64,000 bases of DNA from Gemmatimonadota bacterium. GTDB lineage: Bacteria; Gemmatimonadota; Gemmatimonadetes; Longimicrobiales; Gaopeijiaceae. This document shows positions 16,389 to 26,006 of this stretch, piece after piece. The stretch's first letter is position 1, and each line of letters starts with the position of its first letter. The translations under genes were made by a program, and so were the position numbers. The stretch spans positions 5,624 to 69,623 of the forward strand of contig JAURER010000015.1 of assembly GCA_030827315.1 (NCBI GenBank), written 5' to 3'. A model generated the notes under the pieces. The model searched no databases and had not been told where the DNA came from. It worked only from the letters and a program-made list of their open reading frames with translations.

Positions 16389-18176
16389 TCAGTGTTCCGG
16401 TCCGGCGTACCAGTCGCCTCGCAACCAGTCGACGATGAGTTCCATCTGCTCGCGTGAGAGGATCTGCTCGACCCCGAACGAGGGCATGCCGTCGTTGTCC
16501 TCTCCGTAGTACGGCTCGGCCGCCGGATCGTGGAGCATGCCGAGCATCCATGCGCGCGAGCCCCAGCCGGTGAGCACCGGGCCGATGTCTTCCTCCGTCC
16601 ATTCACCGAAGGTGTGACAACGGGTGCACTCGATCGGCTCCTGGGTCATGAGCACGCGGCCTTCGGCGATGGCCGAGACGTCCGCGCTGTCCGCGGCTGC
16701 CTGGGAGGGCAACTCAGCCTCCGCCGACACTGCCATGATCACCTTCGCGAGGTCCATCCGCTCCGAATCGCTGAAGCCGGCGACGCCCCGCTGGACGAAG
16801 CGGGCCATGCGTCCACGCGCGTGCTCAGTGCCACCGAAGTAGGCCTCCGTGCCGATCCGATCGGGGTCCAGGAGGCCAGCCAGCCACGCACGGCTGCCGA
16901 AGCCCGCGAGGTCCGAGGCGGTCGGCGCGTCCCCTGGAATGCGGCCGAGGCCGTCGTGGCCCTCGTAGCGGTGACAGGACGCGCAGCTTGCCGCGAACAG
17001 CTTCGGCCCCTGCGTAAGCGGATCGCTCCTCAGCATCTCCAGAGCTCCGGCAGGTGGGATGCCGGCCGGCGAGGCCGCGAGTACCCCCGCGCGATGCGCG
17101 TCCCGGTCGGCTTCGGCCTTCGCAGCGAGGAAGTCGGGATCCGAGTTGTCGGCCGCGCGGGCAAGCCAGGTCAGCATCACGATGCCGGCCAGGATGGCCG
17201 CACCCACGCCCAGGTTGAAACGATGCCCGAGGCGCCAACGACCGATGATGGGCATCGCGGCGACGAGGCCGAACACGAGTCCGGGAATGACCTGTGCGCC
17301 GACCACTTCCCAACCGGCGGGAAAATACTTGAGCCACTGGAAGAGGAAGAGGAAGTACCATTCCGGGCGAGCGGCGGCGTACGGCTCGGTGGCGTCTGCC
17401 GGCGCGCCCAGGTGGGCCCCGCCGGTCCACAGGACGATCGCGAGGACCGTCGCCATCACCACGAGGGAGGCCACCGCGTCCTTCAGCACCTGGTCGGGCC
17501 AGAACACGCCGTCCGGAGCGGCCGCGGCCTTCGGTGGCACCGTCACGCCGTGTCGGCGGAACAGGTATACGTGACCGATCACCAGCGCGACGATGCCAGC
17601 GGGCAGGACCCCGGCGTGCAGCGCGAAGAATCTCGTCAGCGTGTGGTGTCCGTACTCGACGCCACCCACCAGCAACTGCTGCATGGCGGGTCCCACCACG
17701 GGCGTCATCGACGCGATGCTGGTGGCCACCTTCGTTGCCCAGAACCCTTTCTGGTCCCAGGGGAGGAGATAGCCGGTCAGGGAGAGCCCCAGCACAAGCG
17801 CCAGCAACCCGAGCCCGAACCAGAAGTTGACCTCGCGCGGCGCACGGTAGGCGCCGTCGATCATCACCTGCATGAGGTGGAGCAGGAGCAGGATGATCGT
17901 GACCTGCGCCATGTAGTGATGGATGCCCCGGAGGAGCCAGCCGCCGAGCATCTGGTTCTGGATGTACCAGACGCTCTCCCACGCGCCCTGGGCGTTGGCG
18001 CTGTAGGCCGACCAGAGCACGACGCCCGTCACGAACTGGACGAACATCGCGAACGTCAGCGTACTCCCCCACACGTACCGCCACCGTGCACCGCCGGGGA
18101 TATGCTCGAACAGGGCGCTCTTGAGCAGCCCGCGGTACCCGGTTCGATCGTCGAGCCAGTTCAGCAGGTCGTTCAT
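16389..18176 (-). CDS. cytochrome b (b6 + subunit IV-like) fused to a C-terminal di-haem cytochrome c domain
   Basis: N-terminus WRYVWGSTLTFAMFVQFVTG...LRGIHHYMAQ...LLHL carries the haem b His ligands, and LPWDQKGFWATKV is present. C-terminal half has two CxxCH motifs (CASCH, CTRCH). Start abuts the Rieske stop. Confidence 0.88.
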   Translation of the reverse strand: MNDLLNWLDDRTGYRGLLKSALFEHIPGGARWRYVWGSTLTFAMFVQFVTGVVLWSAYSANAQGAWESVWYIQNQMLGGWLLRGIHHYMAQVTIILLLLHLMQVMIDGAYRAPREVNFWFGLGLLALVLGLSLTGYLLPWDQKGFWATKVATSIASMTPVVGPAMQQLLVGGVEYGHHTLTRFFALHAGVLPAGIVALVIGHVYLFRRHGVTVPPKAAAAPDGVFWPDQVLKDAVASLVVMATVLAIVLWTGGAHLGAPADATEPYAAARPEWYFLFLFQWLKYFPAGWEVVGAQVIPGLVFGLVAAMPIIGRWRLGHRFNLGVGAAILAGIVMLTWLARAADNSDPDFLAAKAEADRDAHRAGVLAASPAGIPPAGALEMLRSDPLTQGPKLFAASCASCHRYEGHDGLGRIPGDAPTASDLAGFGSRAWLAGLLDPDRIGTEAYFGGTEHARGRMARFVQRGVAGFSDSERMDLAKVIMAVSAEAELPSQAAADSADVSAIAEGRVLMTQEPIECTRCHTFGEWTEEDIGPVLTGWGSRAWMLGMLHDPAAEPYYGEDNDGMPSFGVEQILSREQMELIVDWLRGDWYAGPEH

Positions 18177-18743
18177 CTAGACGGCCGTCTTGTCTTCACG
18201 GCCCGGCAGGAAGTTCTGGAAGCGCACCCAGACCTCATCTCCGTTGCGGAGCTCGACCTCCAGCGAGTCCATGTCGCGGGGGCTCGGGCTCGCGGGATCG
18301 TTGATCACCCCGTCGAAGTCGAAGCTGCTCTTGTGACAGGGGCAGGCGAAGCGGGATCGGTCTGGCGCGATTCCCACGAAGCACCCCGCGTGCGGGCAGA
18401 CCACGTTGAGCGCCGCTACGCCGTTTCCGCTGCGACGCAGGTACACGGCGCCCACCGGCGTGTTCGCATGGCTGGTCCAGCCGTCGACGCGAGCGGATTC
18501 GACCGTGAACTTCCGCGGGGACCCGTCTTCGGGAACCGCGGAAAGCCTTGTGACCAGGACCATGCCGGAGGCTTCCCGGCCTCGACGAAGGGGGTCGAGC
18601 AGTGCCGTGGCCCCGGCGGCGAGGGGAACGATCGAGGCCACCGCGCCGACCATCGCCGCACCCATGCTCACGAGGAAATTCCTCCGTGGCTCCTTCTGCT
18701 GCTCGGGTCGCTCGTCGGTCATGAGGTCCTTTATTCGAATCAT
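18177..18743 (-). CDS. Rieske [2Fe-2S] subunit with Tat signal
   Basis: RRNFLVSMGAAMVGAVAS twin-arginine signal. CPHAGC...CPCHKSSF Rieske boxes. Confidence 0.88.
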   Translation of the reverse strand: MIRIKDLMTDERPEQQKEPRRNFLVSMGAAMVGAVASIVPLAAGATALLDPLRRGREASGMVLVTRLSAVPEDGSPRKFTVESARVDGWTSHANTPVGAVYLRRSGNGVAALNVVCPHAGCFVGIAPDRSRFACPCHKSSFDFDGVINDPASPSPRDMDSLEVELRNGDEVWVRFQNFLPGREDKTAV

Positions 18744-18968
18744 CCGATGGGTCTGCGATCGCTTCGGGACGGACTGTTCGGGTCCGCCCGGCGGTGCCGG
18801 AAGACGCGCACCTTACATATGTCGCCGGAGTGCCGCCAGATGTTGAAGTTACCGCCTGCAGGGCCGTTTCGGCGTCCACGCCCCGAGCGCTCGAGTGGCC
18901 TCGGCTCCGAACGACACCCATGTTGCATGGGCCTGTCAATATCGCACTCCTCGTGCCGCGTCCTGCCC

Positions 18969-20633
18969 ATGCGTCTCTTCGGCCTCCTCGGTGCTGCGCT
19001 CCTCCTGGTGCCAGCGCCGTCGCTCGCTCATTCAGGTCCTCGATCCGATGACTATCCGCGCCGGATGGGCATGGACGTCGAGCACTATCGCTTCGAGCTC
19101 ACGTTGACCGATCGGGATGACAGGATCCACGGAAGAACCACCGTCGCCGTACGGTTTACCGCAAACGGCCCCAGGGAACTGATCCTCGATCTCGCCACGC
19201 CCGACGGGACGGGCAAGGGCATGACGGTGGGCCGCGTGCACACGGGAGGCACCCCTCTGACGTTCGACCACGCCGGAGATCTGCTGCGGGTTCGGCTTGC
19301 CGAGCCGGGGCGTACCGGCGAGCGGATGGAGGTGACCGTCGAATATTCGGGCGAGCCTGCAGCGGGTCTGCGCGTGGGGCCGAACCGTTACGGCGACCGG
19401 ACCTTCTTCAGCGACAACTGGCCGAATCGGGCCAGGCAGTGGCTACCCACCGTCGACCACCCCTACGACAAAGCCACCAGCGAGATGCTCGTGACGGCGC
19501 CGGCCCACTACCAGGTGGTGTCGAATGGATTCCTGGTGGAGGAGACCGACGGCCCGGACGGCACCCGGCTCACGCACTGGAGCGAGTCCGTTCCGATCGC
19601 GACATGGCTCTACGTCCTCGGTGTCGCGCGCTTCGCGGTGCAGCAGGTCGACGAGTTCGATGGAAAGCCGATCCAGACCTGGGTCTACCGGCAGGACCGT
19701 GATGCGGGGTTCTACGACTTCGCCGAGCCGACGAAGCAGGCGATGGAATTCTATTCGGACCGGATCGGTCCGTACGCCTACGAGAAGCTCGCCAACATCA
19801 CGTCGCCGGCGACCGGGGGCGGGATGGAGGCGGCGTCGGCCGTCATGTACCACGAGAGCTCGGTGACGGGCGAGCGTACGGTGCGGTGGCGCAACGTGAT
19901 CATCCACGAGATCGCTCACCAGTGGTGGGGCAACGCGGTGACCGAATCAGACTGGGACGACGTCTGGCTGAGCGAAGGCTTCGCCACGTACTTCACGCTG
20001 CTCTTCATCGAGCACGCATACGGGCGTGACGAATTCGTAGCCGGCCTGCGAAGCTCCGCCGAACGTGTGTTTCAGCAGTACGCGGAGGACCCGGGCTACA
20101 CGATCGTGCACGACAACCTCTCGGACATGAGCCGCGTGACCAGCGGGGCGACGTATCAGAAAGGTTCCTGGATCCTCCACATGCTCCGGACGCAGCTCGG
20201 CGACGAGGCGTTCTGGAGTGGCATCAGCGCCTATTATTCGGCTCACGTGAACGCCAACGCCACGACCCGCGACTTCCGCCGGGCCATGGAAGAGGCCTCC
20301 GGTCGTGACCTCGAGACCTTCTTCGATCAGTGGCTGTACGAGGGGGGTAACCCGAGACTCGAGGGGTGGTGGGAATACGACGCGTCGGCCCGCTCCGTCC
20401 GGGTCGAACTGCGCCAGACGCAGCAGGTCGGGCCGACGTACGAACTCTCCGTGGATCTGGGCATTTACGTGAACGGCTCGGCACTTCCCGCGACGATCGA
20501 GACGGTTGACGTGGACGGGCGCTCCCATCGCTTCGTCATCCCCGTGGAGGCGCCGCCTACCGACGTGACGCTCGATCCGCGTACCCGTCTGCTCTTTCAG
20601 AGTGATTTCGGCCCCAGGGAGGCGAGGAACTGA
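18969..20633 (+). CDS. M1 family aminopeptidase (secreted)
   Basis: Signal peptide MRLFGLLGAALLLVPAPSLA. GGGMEAA (GAMEN-like), HEIAHQWWGN and WLSEGFATYF motifs. The upstream 813 codons of the 1367-aa track ORF are antisense to cytochrome b and are rejected. Confidence 0.9.
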   Translation: MRLFGLLGAALLLVPAPSLAHSGPRSDDYPRRMGMDVEHYRFELTLTDRDDRIHGRTTVAVRFTANGPRELILDLATPDGTGKGMTVGRVHTGGTPLTFDHAGDLLRVRLAEPGRTGERMEVTVEYSGEPAAGLRVGPNRYGDRTFFSDNWPNRARQWLPTVDHPYDKATSEMLVTAPAHYQVVSNGFLVEETDGPDGTRLTHWSESVPIATWLYVLGVARFAVQQVDEFDGKPIQTWVYRQDRDAGFYDFAEPTKQAMEFYSDRIGPYAYEKLANITSPATGGGMEAASAVMYHESSVTGERTVRWRNVIIHEIAHQWWGNAVTESDWDDVWLSEGFATYFTLLFIEHAYGRDEFVAGLRSSAERVFQQYAEDPGYTIVHDNLSDMSRVTSGATYQKGSWILHMLRTQLGDEAFWSGISAYYSAHVNANATTRDFRRAMEEASGRDLETFFDQWLYEGGNPRLEGWWEYDASARSVRVELRQTQQVGPTYELSVDLGIYVNGSALPATIETVDVDGRSHRFVIPVEAPPTDVTLDPRTRLLFQSDFGPREARN

Positions 20634-20635
20634 TC

Positions 20636-22078
20636 ATGAGTCAGAAATCGGACACGACGGTGCGCGGGACGTGGCGCCGGCTTGCGGGAGCCCTGGCCTT
20701 GGTGTTTCTGGCCGCCTGCGCGGCCGGGGAGCCGCCGTACGATCTCGTGATCGCGAACGGGCGTGTGATGGACCCCGAATCGGGGTACTCCGCGGTCGCG
20801 AACGTCGGAGTTCGCGGCGGAGTGATCGAGGCTATCTCCAACAGAGCCCTGGACGGTGCTCGGGTGATCGACGCGACGGGTCACGTCGTTTCTCCCGGCT
20901 TCGTCGACCTGCATGAGCACGGTCAGTCGGAGGAGTCCTATGCGCTGATGGTCCGCGACGGCGTCACGACCGCCCTGGAGCTCGAGGTGGGCGTACCCGA
21001 CATCGACGCGTTCTACGCCGCTCGGGATGGCGGCCAGCTGGTCAACTACGGCGCGAGCGTGGGACACATCGGAGCCCGCATGGCGGTGCTCGGTGATCCG
21101 AGCCCCGGGATCCTTCCGGCCGGGATCGGCGGCTCCGGGTCGGCGTCGGCCGAGCAGCTCGACCAGATCGAGGCCATGCTCCGGACCGGTCTGGACCGGG
21201 GCGCCCTGGCGGTGGGCTTCGGCAGCGCGTACACCCCCGGGGCGGCCATGGCCGAGTTCGAGCGGATGTTCGGCGTCGCCGCGGAGTACGGCGCTCCGGC
21301 GCACATTCACCTGCGCGGTGGCATGGCGGGACTCGATTCGACGCTCGCCGCCGCTCGCGTCGCCGGTGCCGCGCTGCACATCGTGCATGTCAACTCGAGC
21401 GCCGGAGCGGCGATCGCCGATTTCCTGGTCGAGATCCAGTCGGCCTCGGAAGGCGGGCAGGACGTGACCACCGAGGCTTACCCGTACGGAGCCGGCATGA
21501 CGGAGATCCAGTCCGCCCTTTTCGACGACTGGGAGGCCTGGCCGGACGAGCGTTTCGCCGATCACCAGCTGGTTTCGACCGGTGAGCGGTTGACCCGGGT
21601 GACGTTCGGCGCGGCCCGCGGCGCGGGTGGGACCGTGATCATCCACGGTCGCACCGAAGAGATGACGCGCGCTGCGGTGGCGAGCCCTATCACGATCATT
21701 GCCAGCGACGGCTTCATCGAGAACGGGCGCGGGCACCCGCGTACGTCCGGCTCCTACGCGAAGGTGCTCGGTCGATACGTTCGTGACGAAGGAGTCCTGA
21801 CCCTGGAGCAGGCTCTCGCGAAGATGACCATCATGCCCGCCCGGCGACTGGAGAGCCGGGCTCCGGCCTTCGCCAGGAAGGGGCGCCTGCAGGTGGGGAT
21901 GGACGCCGACATCACGGTGTTCGATCCGGCCACGGTCATCGATCGCTCCACCTACATGGATGCGACCATCCCCTCGCTCGGGATTCCCTGGGTGGTCGTG
22001 AACGGTCAGGTGGTGGTCGACGACGGTACGCTCACGCCCGCCCGGCCGGGCGTGGGCATCCGTGCTCCGGTGCGTTGA
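20636..22078 (+). CDS. D-aminoacylase / amidohydrolase family lipoprotein
   Basis: Lipobox VFLAAC. YDLVIANGRVMDP...GVIEAI...IDATGHVVSPGFVDLHEHG and C-terminal ADITVFDP...GIPWVVVNG are typical of N-acyl-D-amino-acid deacylases. 2-nt gap after the M1 gene. Confidence 0.85.
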   Translation: MSQKSDTTVRGTWRRLAGALALVFLAACAAGEPPYDLVIANGRVMDPESGYSAVANVGVRGGVIEAISNRALDGARVIDATGHVVSPGFVDLHEHGQSEESYALMVRDGVTTALELEVGVPDIDAFYAARDGGQLVNYGASVGHIGARMAVLGDPSPGILPAGIGGSGSASAEQLDQIEAMLRTGLDRGALAVGFGSAYTPGAAMAEFERMFGVAAEYGAPAHIHLRGGMAGLDSTLAAARVAGAALHIVHVNSSAGAAIADFLVEIQSASEGGQDVTTEAYPYGAGMTEIQSALFDDWEAWPDERFADHQLVSTGERLTRVTFGAARGAGGTVIIHGRTEEMTRAAVASPITIIASDGFIENGRGHPRTSGSYAKVLGRYVRDEGVLTLEQALAKMTIMPARRLESRAPAFARKGRLQVGMDADITVFDPATVIDRSTYMDATIPSLGIPWVVVNGQVVVDDGTLTPARPGVGIRAPVR

Positions 22079-22170
22079 CCTCCCGGGCCACCGGGTCTCC
22101 CGATTGCCGTGCCATGCGGCGCGGACGCATGTTCCGCCCCCTTCGAGCCTTCCCCGAACGTGATCCGAGA

Positions 22171-23601
22171 ATGAACCACAAGCCCCGTCGCAGCCTCCGC
22201 GTGACCGTGAGCCTGCTCGCCCTGACCGCGTTCGCCGGCACGACGCCAAAGGCCTCGGTCGCGCAGGTCGACCTCGCCTCGCTGCAGGACGAGGCGGTCG
22301 GCTGGCTGCAGGAGTACCTGCGAATCAACACGGTGAATCCGCCGGGCAACGAGACGGCGGGCGCGGAGTTCTTCGCGCGGCTCTTCGAGGCCGAGGGGAT
22401 CGCCTACGAGATGGCCGAGTCGGCACCGGGCCGCGGCAACATCTGGGCGAGGCTCGAGGGTGGAGACGAACCGGGCCTGCTGCTGCTCCATCACATCGAC
22501 GTGGTTCCGGCGGACGACCGGTTCTGGACGACGGACCCGCTCTCCGGCGACGTGCGTGACGGGTACGTGTACGGGCGAGGAGCGCTCGACACCAAGACCG
22601 GGGGGATCCTGCACCTTGCGACCTTCCTCGCGCTCCACCGCTCGGGCACCCCGCTCAACCGCGATGTCGTGTTCATGGCTACGGCCGACGAGGAGGCCGG
22701 CGGCTTCTTCGGTGCGGGTTGGCTCGTGGAGAATCGCCCGGAGATCTTCGACGGAATCGGTTTTCTGCTCAACGAGGGCGGGGGTGGTTCGGAGGTCGAC
22801 GGGAAGGTGAACTTCGGGCTCGAAGTCACGCAGAAGGTCCCGTACTGGCTTCGTCTCACCGCACGCGGGGAGCCCGGCCACGGCTCCCGGCCGCTGACGA
22901 CGTATGCCTCCCTGGAGCTCATCGCGGGACTCGAGCGCCTCAGGCTCCATGAATTCGAGCCTCGCATCATCCCCGCCGTGCATGCCCACCTTTCCGGCAT
23001 CGCCGACCGGCATCCCGAACCCTGGCGCACGCGCTTTGCGGACATGGCGTCGGCCATCGGTCAGGCGGGGGTGCTTCGCGAACTCCAGGAATACAATCCC
23101 GGGCTGCACGCGCTCACACGCAACACGTGTTCGCTCACCCGGCTGGAAGGGAGCAGCAAGATCAATGTCGTGTCGCCGGAGGTGGCGGCCGAAATCGACT
23201 GCCGCCTGCTCCCCGATCAGGATCCCGGCGCGTGGCTCGACGAGGTGGGTTCCGTACTCGGGCCGGAGATCGAGGTGGAAGTGCTCATGGGCTTCACTCC
23301 CGCCGTCTCCTCGACCGACACCGATCTCTACCGGACCGTGCGTGACGTGACGCTCGAGACCTTTCCCGACGCGGGCTTCGTACCCCAGGTGGTGGGTGGC
23401 TTCACCGACAGTCACTTCTTCCGCGATCTCGGCATCACCGCATACGGCTACGAGGCCACCGCGACCCCGTCCGGAGACGACGGTGGGGTACACGGAAACG
23501 ACGAGCGGGTCACCGTGGAGAACGTCCGGCGGGGTGTCGAGATGACACTCCGTATTCTCGAGCGATTCGCAGCGATGCGACCTGTCATGGAGGAAGACTG
23601 A
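22171..23601 (+). CDS. M20/M25/M40 family metallopeptidase (secreted)
   Basis: Signal peptide. YLRINTVNPPGNE, LLLLHHIDVVP, GRGALDTKTGG, ATADEEAGG and FTDSHFF motifs. Confidence 0.85.
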   Translation: MNHKPRRSLRVTVSLLALTAFAGTTPKASVAQVDLASLQDEAVGWLQEYLRINTVNPPGNETAGAEFFARLFEAEGIAYEMAESAPGRGNIWARLEGGDEPGLLLLHHIDVVPADDRFWTTDPLSGDVRDGYVYGRGALDTKTGGILHLATFLALHRSGTPLNRDVVFMATADEEAGGFFGAGWLVENRPEIFDGIGFLLNEGGGGSEVDGKVNFGLEVTQKVPYWLRLTARGEPGHGSRPLTTYASLELIAGLERLRLHEFEPRIIPAVHAHLSGIADRHPEPWRTRFADMASAIGQAGVLRELQEYNPGLHALTRNTCSLTRLEGSSKINVVSPEVAAEIDCRLLPDQDPGAWLDEVGSVLGPEIEVEVLMGFTPAVSSTDTDLYRTVRDVTLETFPDAGFVPQVVGGFTDSHFFRDLGITAYGYEATATPSGDDGGVHGNDERVTVENVRRGVEMTLRILERFAAMRPVMEED

Positions 23602-23924
23602 TGGCGGACCGTTACGACGTATCGTCCCTGCCGACGCGCGAGCTCATTCCCGGGCACCGCGGCCGGTTCATTCACTCCGCGCACACGACGCACGTCTACT
23701 GGCAGATCGAGGCGGATGCGGTTTTGCCGGAGCACAGTCACCCACACGAGCAGATCGTGAACATGCTCGAGGGCACGTACGAGCTCGTTGTCGGCGGGGA
23801 GCACTTCGTGCTGTCCGCCGGCGAGGTCCTGGTGATCCCGGGCGGGGTGGTCCATGGCGGTCGGGCCCACACGGACTGCCGGATCCTCGACGTGTTCTCA
23901 CCGGTACGCGAGGAGTACCGGTGA
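23601..23924 (+). CDS. cupin domain protein
   Basis: PEHSHPHEQIVNMLEGT...VIPGGVVHGG are the cupin motifs 1 and 2. ATG overlaps the upstream TGA by 1 nt. Confidence 0.8.
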   Translation: MADRYDVSSLPTRELIPGHRGRFIHSAHTTHVYWQIEADAVLPEHSHPHEQIVNMLEGTYELVVGGEHFVLSAGEVLVIPGGVVHGGRAHTDCRILDVFSPVREEYR

Positions 23925-24727
23925 GCCGGGGCAAGGGCGTAGCGCTCACCGGGGCCGCCGCGGTCGCGCTGGCGGCGTGGCTTTCGATTCAGGGTGCCTC
24001 CGGGCCCGGGGCACCCGTCGTAGCGTCCTTGACGTCCGGTGAGGTGGACCGATGGCCGCCGGTCGCGACGTTCTCGATTCTCGGGTACGACCCGGAGACC
24101 GGTGAGGTCGGCGGCGCCGTCCAGTCCCGGGTCTTCTCCGTGGGCAATGGCGTGCTCTGGGCCGAAGCGAACGTCGGGGTCGTGGCCACACAGGCGATCG
24201 TGGACGTCAGCTACGGACCTCAGGGGCTGGAGCTGCTGCGCCAGGGCATGGCCCCCGACGACGTGGTCCGGACGATCCTGGCCGACGACCCGGATCCGCA
24301 ACCCGAACGCTGGACGATTCAGGGGCGGCAGTTTTCCGTGATGGACGCTTCGGGGCGCGTTGCGACCCACACGGGGCCGCGTGCCTCGGAGTGGGCGGGT
24401 CACCGCATCGGCCTTCATGTCTCCGCGCAGGGGAACATCCTGGCGGGTCCGGCCGTCGTCGAGGACATGGTGTCGGCGTTCGAGTCGACCGAGGGTCACC
24501 TCTCGTTTCGGCTGCTTGCCGCGCTCGAGGCCGGTCAGGCCGCAGGCGGAGACACCCGCGGCATGCAGTCCGCCGCGATGATCATCGTGCAGGAAGACGG
24601 CGGCGTCTGGCTCAACAACGACGTCGTCCTTCGGCTGCAGGTGGATGACTCCGAGGAGCCCATCGCGGAACTCCGGCGGCTTGTCGAGATCGCGGGGCGG
24701 CAGCGAGAGCGCATCCGGGCACGCTGA
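23921..24727 (+). CDS. DUF1028 family (Ntn-hydrolase-like) protein, exported
   Basis: GTGA overlap with the cupin gene. TFSILGYDPETGEVGGAVQSRVFSVG...VATQA and GGDTRGMQSAAMIIV match the DUF1028 pattern. Confidence 0.8.
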   Translation: MSRGKGVALTGAAAVALAAWLSIQGASGPGAPVVASLTSGEVDRWPPVATFSILGYDPETGEVGGAVQSRVFSVGNGVLWAEANVGVVATQAIVDVSYGPQGLELLRQGMAPDDVVRTILADDPDPQPERWTIQGRQFSVMDASGRVATHTGPRASEWAGHRIGLHVSAQGNILAGPAVVEDMVSAFESTEGHLSFRLLAALEAGQAAGGDTRGMQSAAMIIVQEDGGVWLNNDVVLRLQVDDSEEPIAELRRLVEIAGRQRERIRAR

Positions 24728-24794
24728 GGGGTTGGCCGACGGTCAGCGGCCGGAAACCGGCACCCTCGCGTCGTCGCACGCACGCCCGAACGAA

Positions 24795-24825
24795 AGCGGG
24801 GCCCGGCACTTCGCCGGGCCCCGCT
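24795..24825. terminator. hairpin terminator between convergent DUF1028 and bacilliredoxin genes
   Basis: Perfect 13-bp stem AGCGGGGCCCGGC / GCCGGGCCCCGCT with a 5-nt loop. The minus-strand reading is followed by TTCGTTCG. Confidence 0.65.
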
Positions 24826-24855
24826 CTCGAATTCGGTCCACGACGAGGTGGCGCT

Positions 24856-25272
24856 TCAGCAGTGCTCTTCGTAGGCGGCTCGGAGGTCGGCCGCGATGTC
24901 TTCGGGATGACGTCCCTCGATGAGGTGACGCTCCATGAAGTAGACCAGCTCCCCGTCCTTGAAGAGAGCGACCGACGGTGACGACGGAGGGAAGCCCGTG
25001 ATGTACTCTCGGGTGCGATCGGTCGCCGCGAGGTCCTGGCCGGCGAAGACGGTCGTCAGCACCTCGGGCTTCTTCTCGCCCTGGAGGGACATGTAGACGG
25101 CTGGGCGCATCATCGCCGCAGCGCAACCGCACACCGAGTTGACGGCGACGAGCGTCGTGCGCGTCTCCCCCGCGAGAATCGAGTCCACTTCCTCCGGTGT
25201 CTTCATCTCCGTGAAACCGACGCGGACGAGGTCCTGCCGCATGGGAGCGACCATCATCTCGGGGTAGGGCAT
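24856..25272 (-). CDS. bacilliredoxin (BrxA/BrxB, YphP/YqiW family)
   Basis: Near full-length resemblance to Bacillus YphP as I recall it: VAPMRQDL...GF.E..T.EEV..., VAVNSVCGCAA (CGC active site), TVFAGQD, PSSPSVALFKDGELV, and a C-terminal HC. Confidence 0.9.
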   Translation of the reverse strand: MPYPEMMVAPMRQDLVRVGFTEMKTPEEVDSILAGETRTTLVAVNSVCGCAAAMMRPAVYMSLQGEKKPEVLTTVFAGQDLAATDRTREYITGFPPSSPSVALFKDGELVYFMERHLIEGRHPEDIAADLRAAYEEHC

Positions 25273-25402
25273 TCGGGGGTCCTCCGTGGAGTATCGTCAC
25301 AGGGCCGACATTCGGTGGCCGGTCGAATGATAAAGGAAGTCAGAAGGCTGTCCACGGCCTCCCGTTGCGAAGCCGCCTCGGGTTCGGCGACCTTGTGACC
25401 CT

Positions 25403-25912
25403 ATGACCGCACCGAAAGAAATCGTCCGGCTCGACGTCAACGGGGACGCCCAAGAGGTGGGCGCCCCCGGACATTTCACGCTGCTCGAGACGCTTCGGTA
25501 CGTGCTCGGTCTGACCGGCACGAAGCAGGGTTGCGACAAGGGTGACTGCGGTGCGTGCACCGTGATCGTGGACGGTGTGCCGACGCTTTCGTGCATCACG
25601 CCGGTTCAGGAGGCGGTCGGCTGCCGAGTGGTCACCGTGGAGGGGCTCGCGACCGCCCTGGGCCCGCACCCGCTGCAGGACGAGTTCGACCTGAACGGGG
25701 CGGCGCAGTGCGGCTTCTGCACACCGGGGATTCTCTGCTCCGCGGTCGCGCTCCTCGAGCGGAACCCGGCGCCGAGCCGGGAATCGATTCGGGAGGCGCT
25801 CGCGGGCAACCTCTGTCGCTGCACGGGATATTCGAAGATCTACGATGCGGTGGAGGCCGCCGCTGCCCGCCTGAACGGCGCTTCGGCGGGCGGCCAAGGC
25901 GACCAGCCATGA
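25403..25912 (+). CDS. [2Fe-2S]-binding small subunit of a xanthine dehydrogenase/CO dehydrogenase-family enzyme
   Basis: GCDKGDCGACTV and QCGFCTPG...NLCRCTGY cluster motifs. Confidence 0.9.
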   Translation: MTAPKEIVRLDVNGDAQEVGAPGHFTLLETLRYVLGLTGTKQGCDKGDCGACTVIVDGVPTLSCITPVQEAVGCRVVTVEGLATALGPHPLQDEFDLNGAAQCGFCTPGILCSAVALLERNPAPSRESIREALAGNLCRCTGYSKIYDAVEAAAARLNGASAGGQGDQP

Positions 25913-26006
25913 TCGGCCACCGGCATTCCAAAGTGTGGTCGGACATGCACTTACGGACTCTCTTCCCCGCGCGTGCTCTCGCGCGGATCTGAGGTGCCGG
26001 GAAGCG

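Noticed and set aside
16530-18968. N-terminal 813 codons of the 1367-aa plus-strand ORF
   Set aside because: Entirely antisense to the well-supported cytochrome b and Rieske genes. The translation is Arg/Gly/His/Asp-rich and low in complexity. Only the part from the ATG at 18969 (signal peptide, M1 motifs) is credible.
20597-23493. 550-aa and 495-aa minus-strand ORFs (20597-22249, 22006-23493)
   Set aside because: Mirror frames of the D-aminoacylase and M20 genes. Arg/Gly/His-rich with no recognisable domains.
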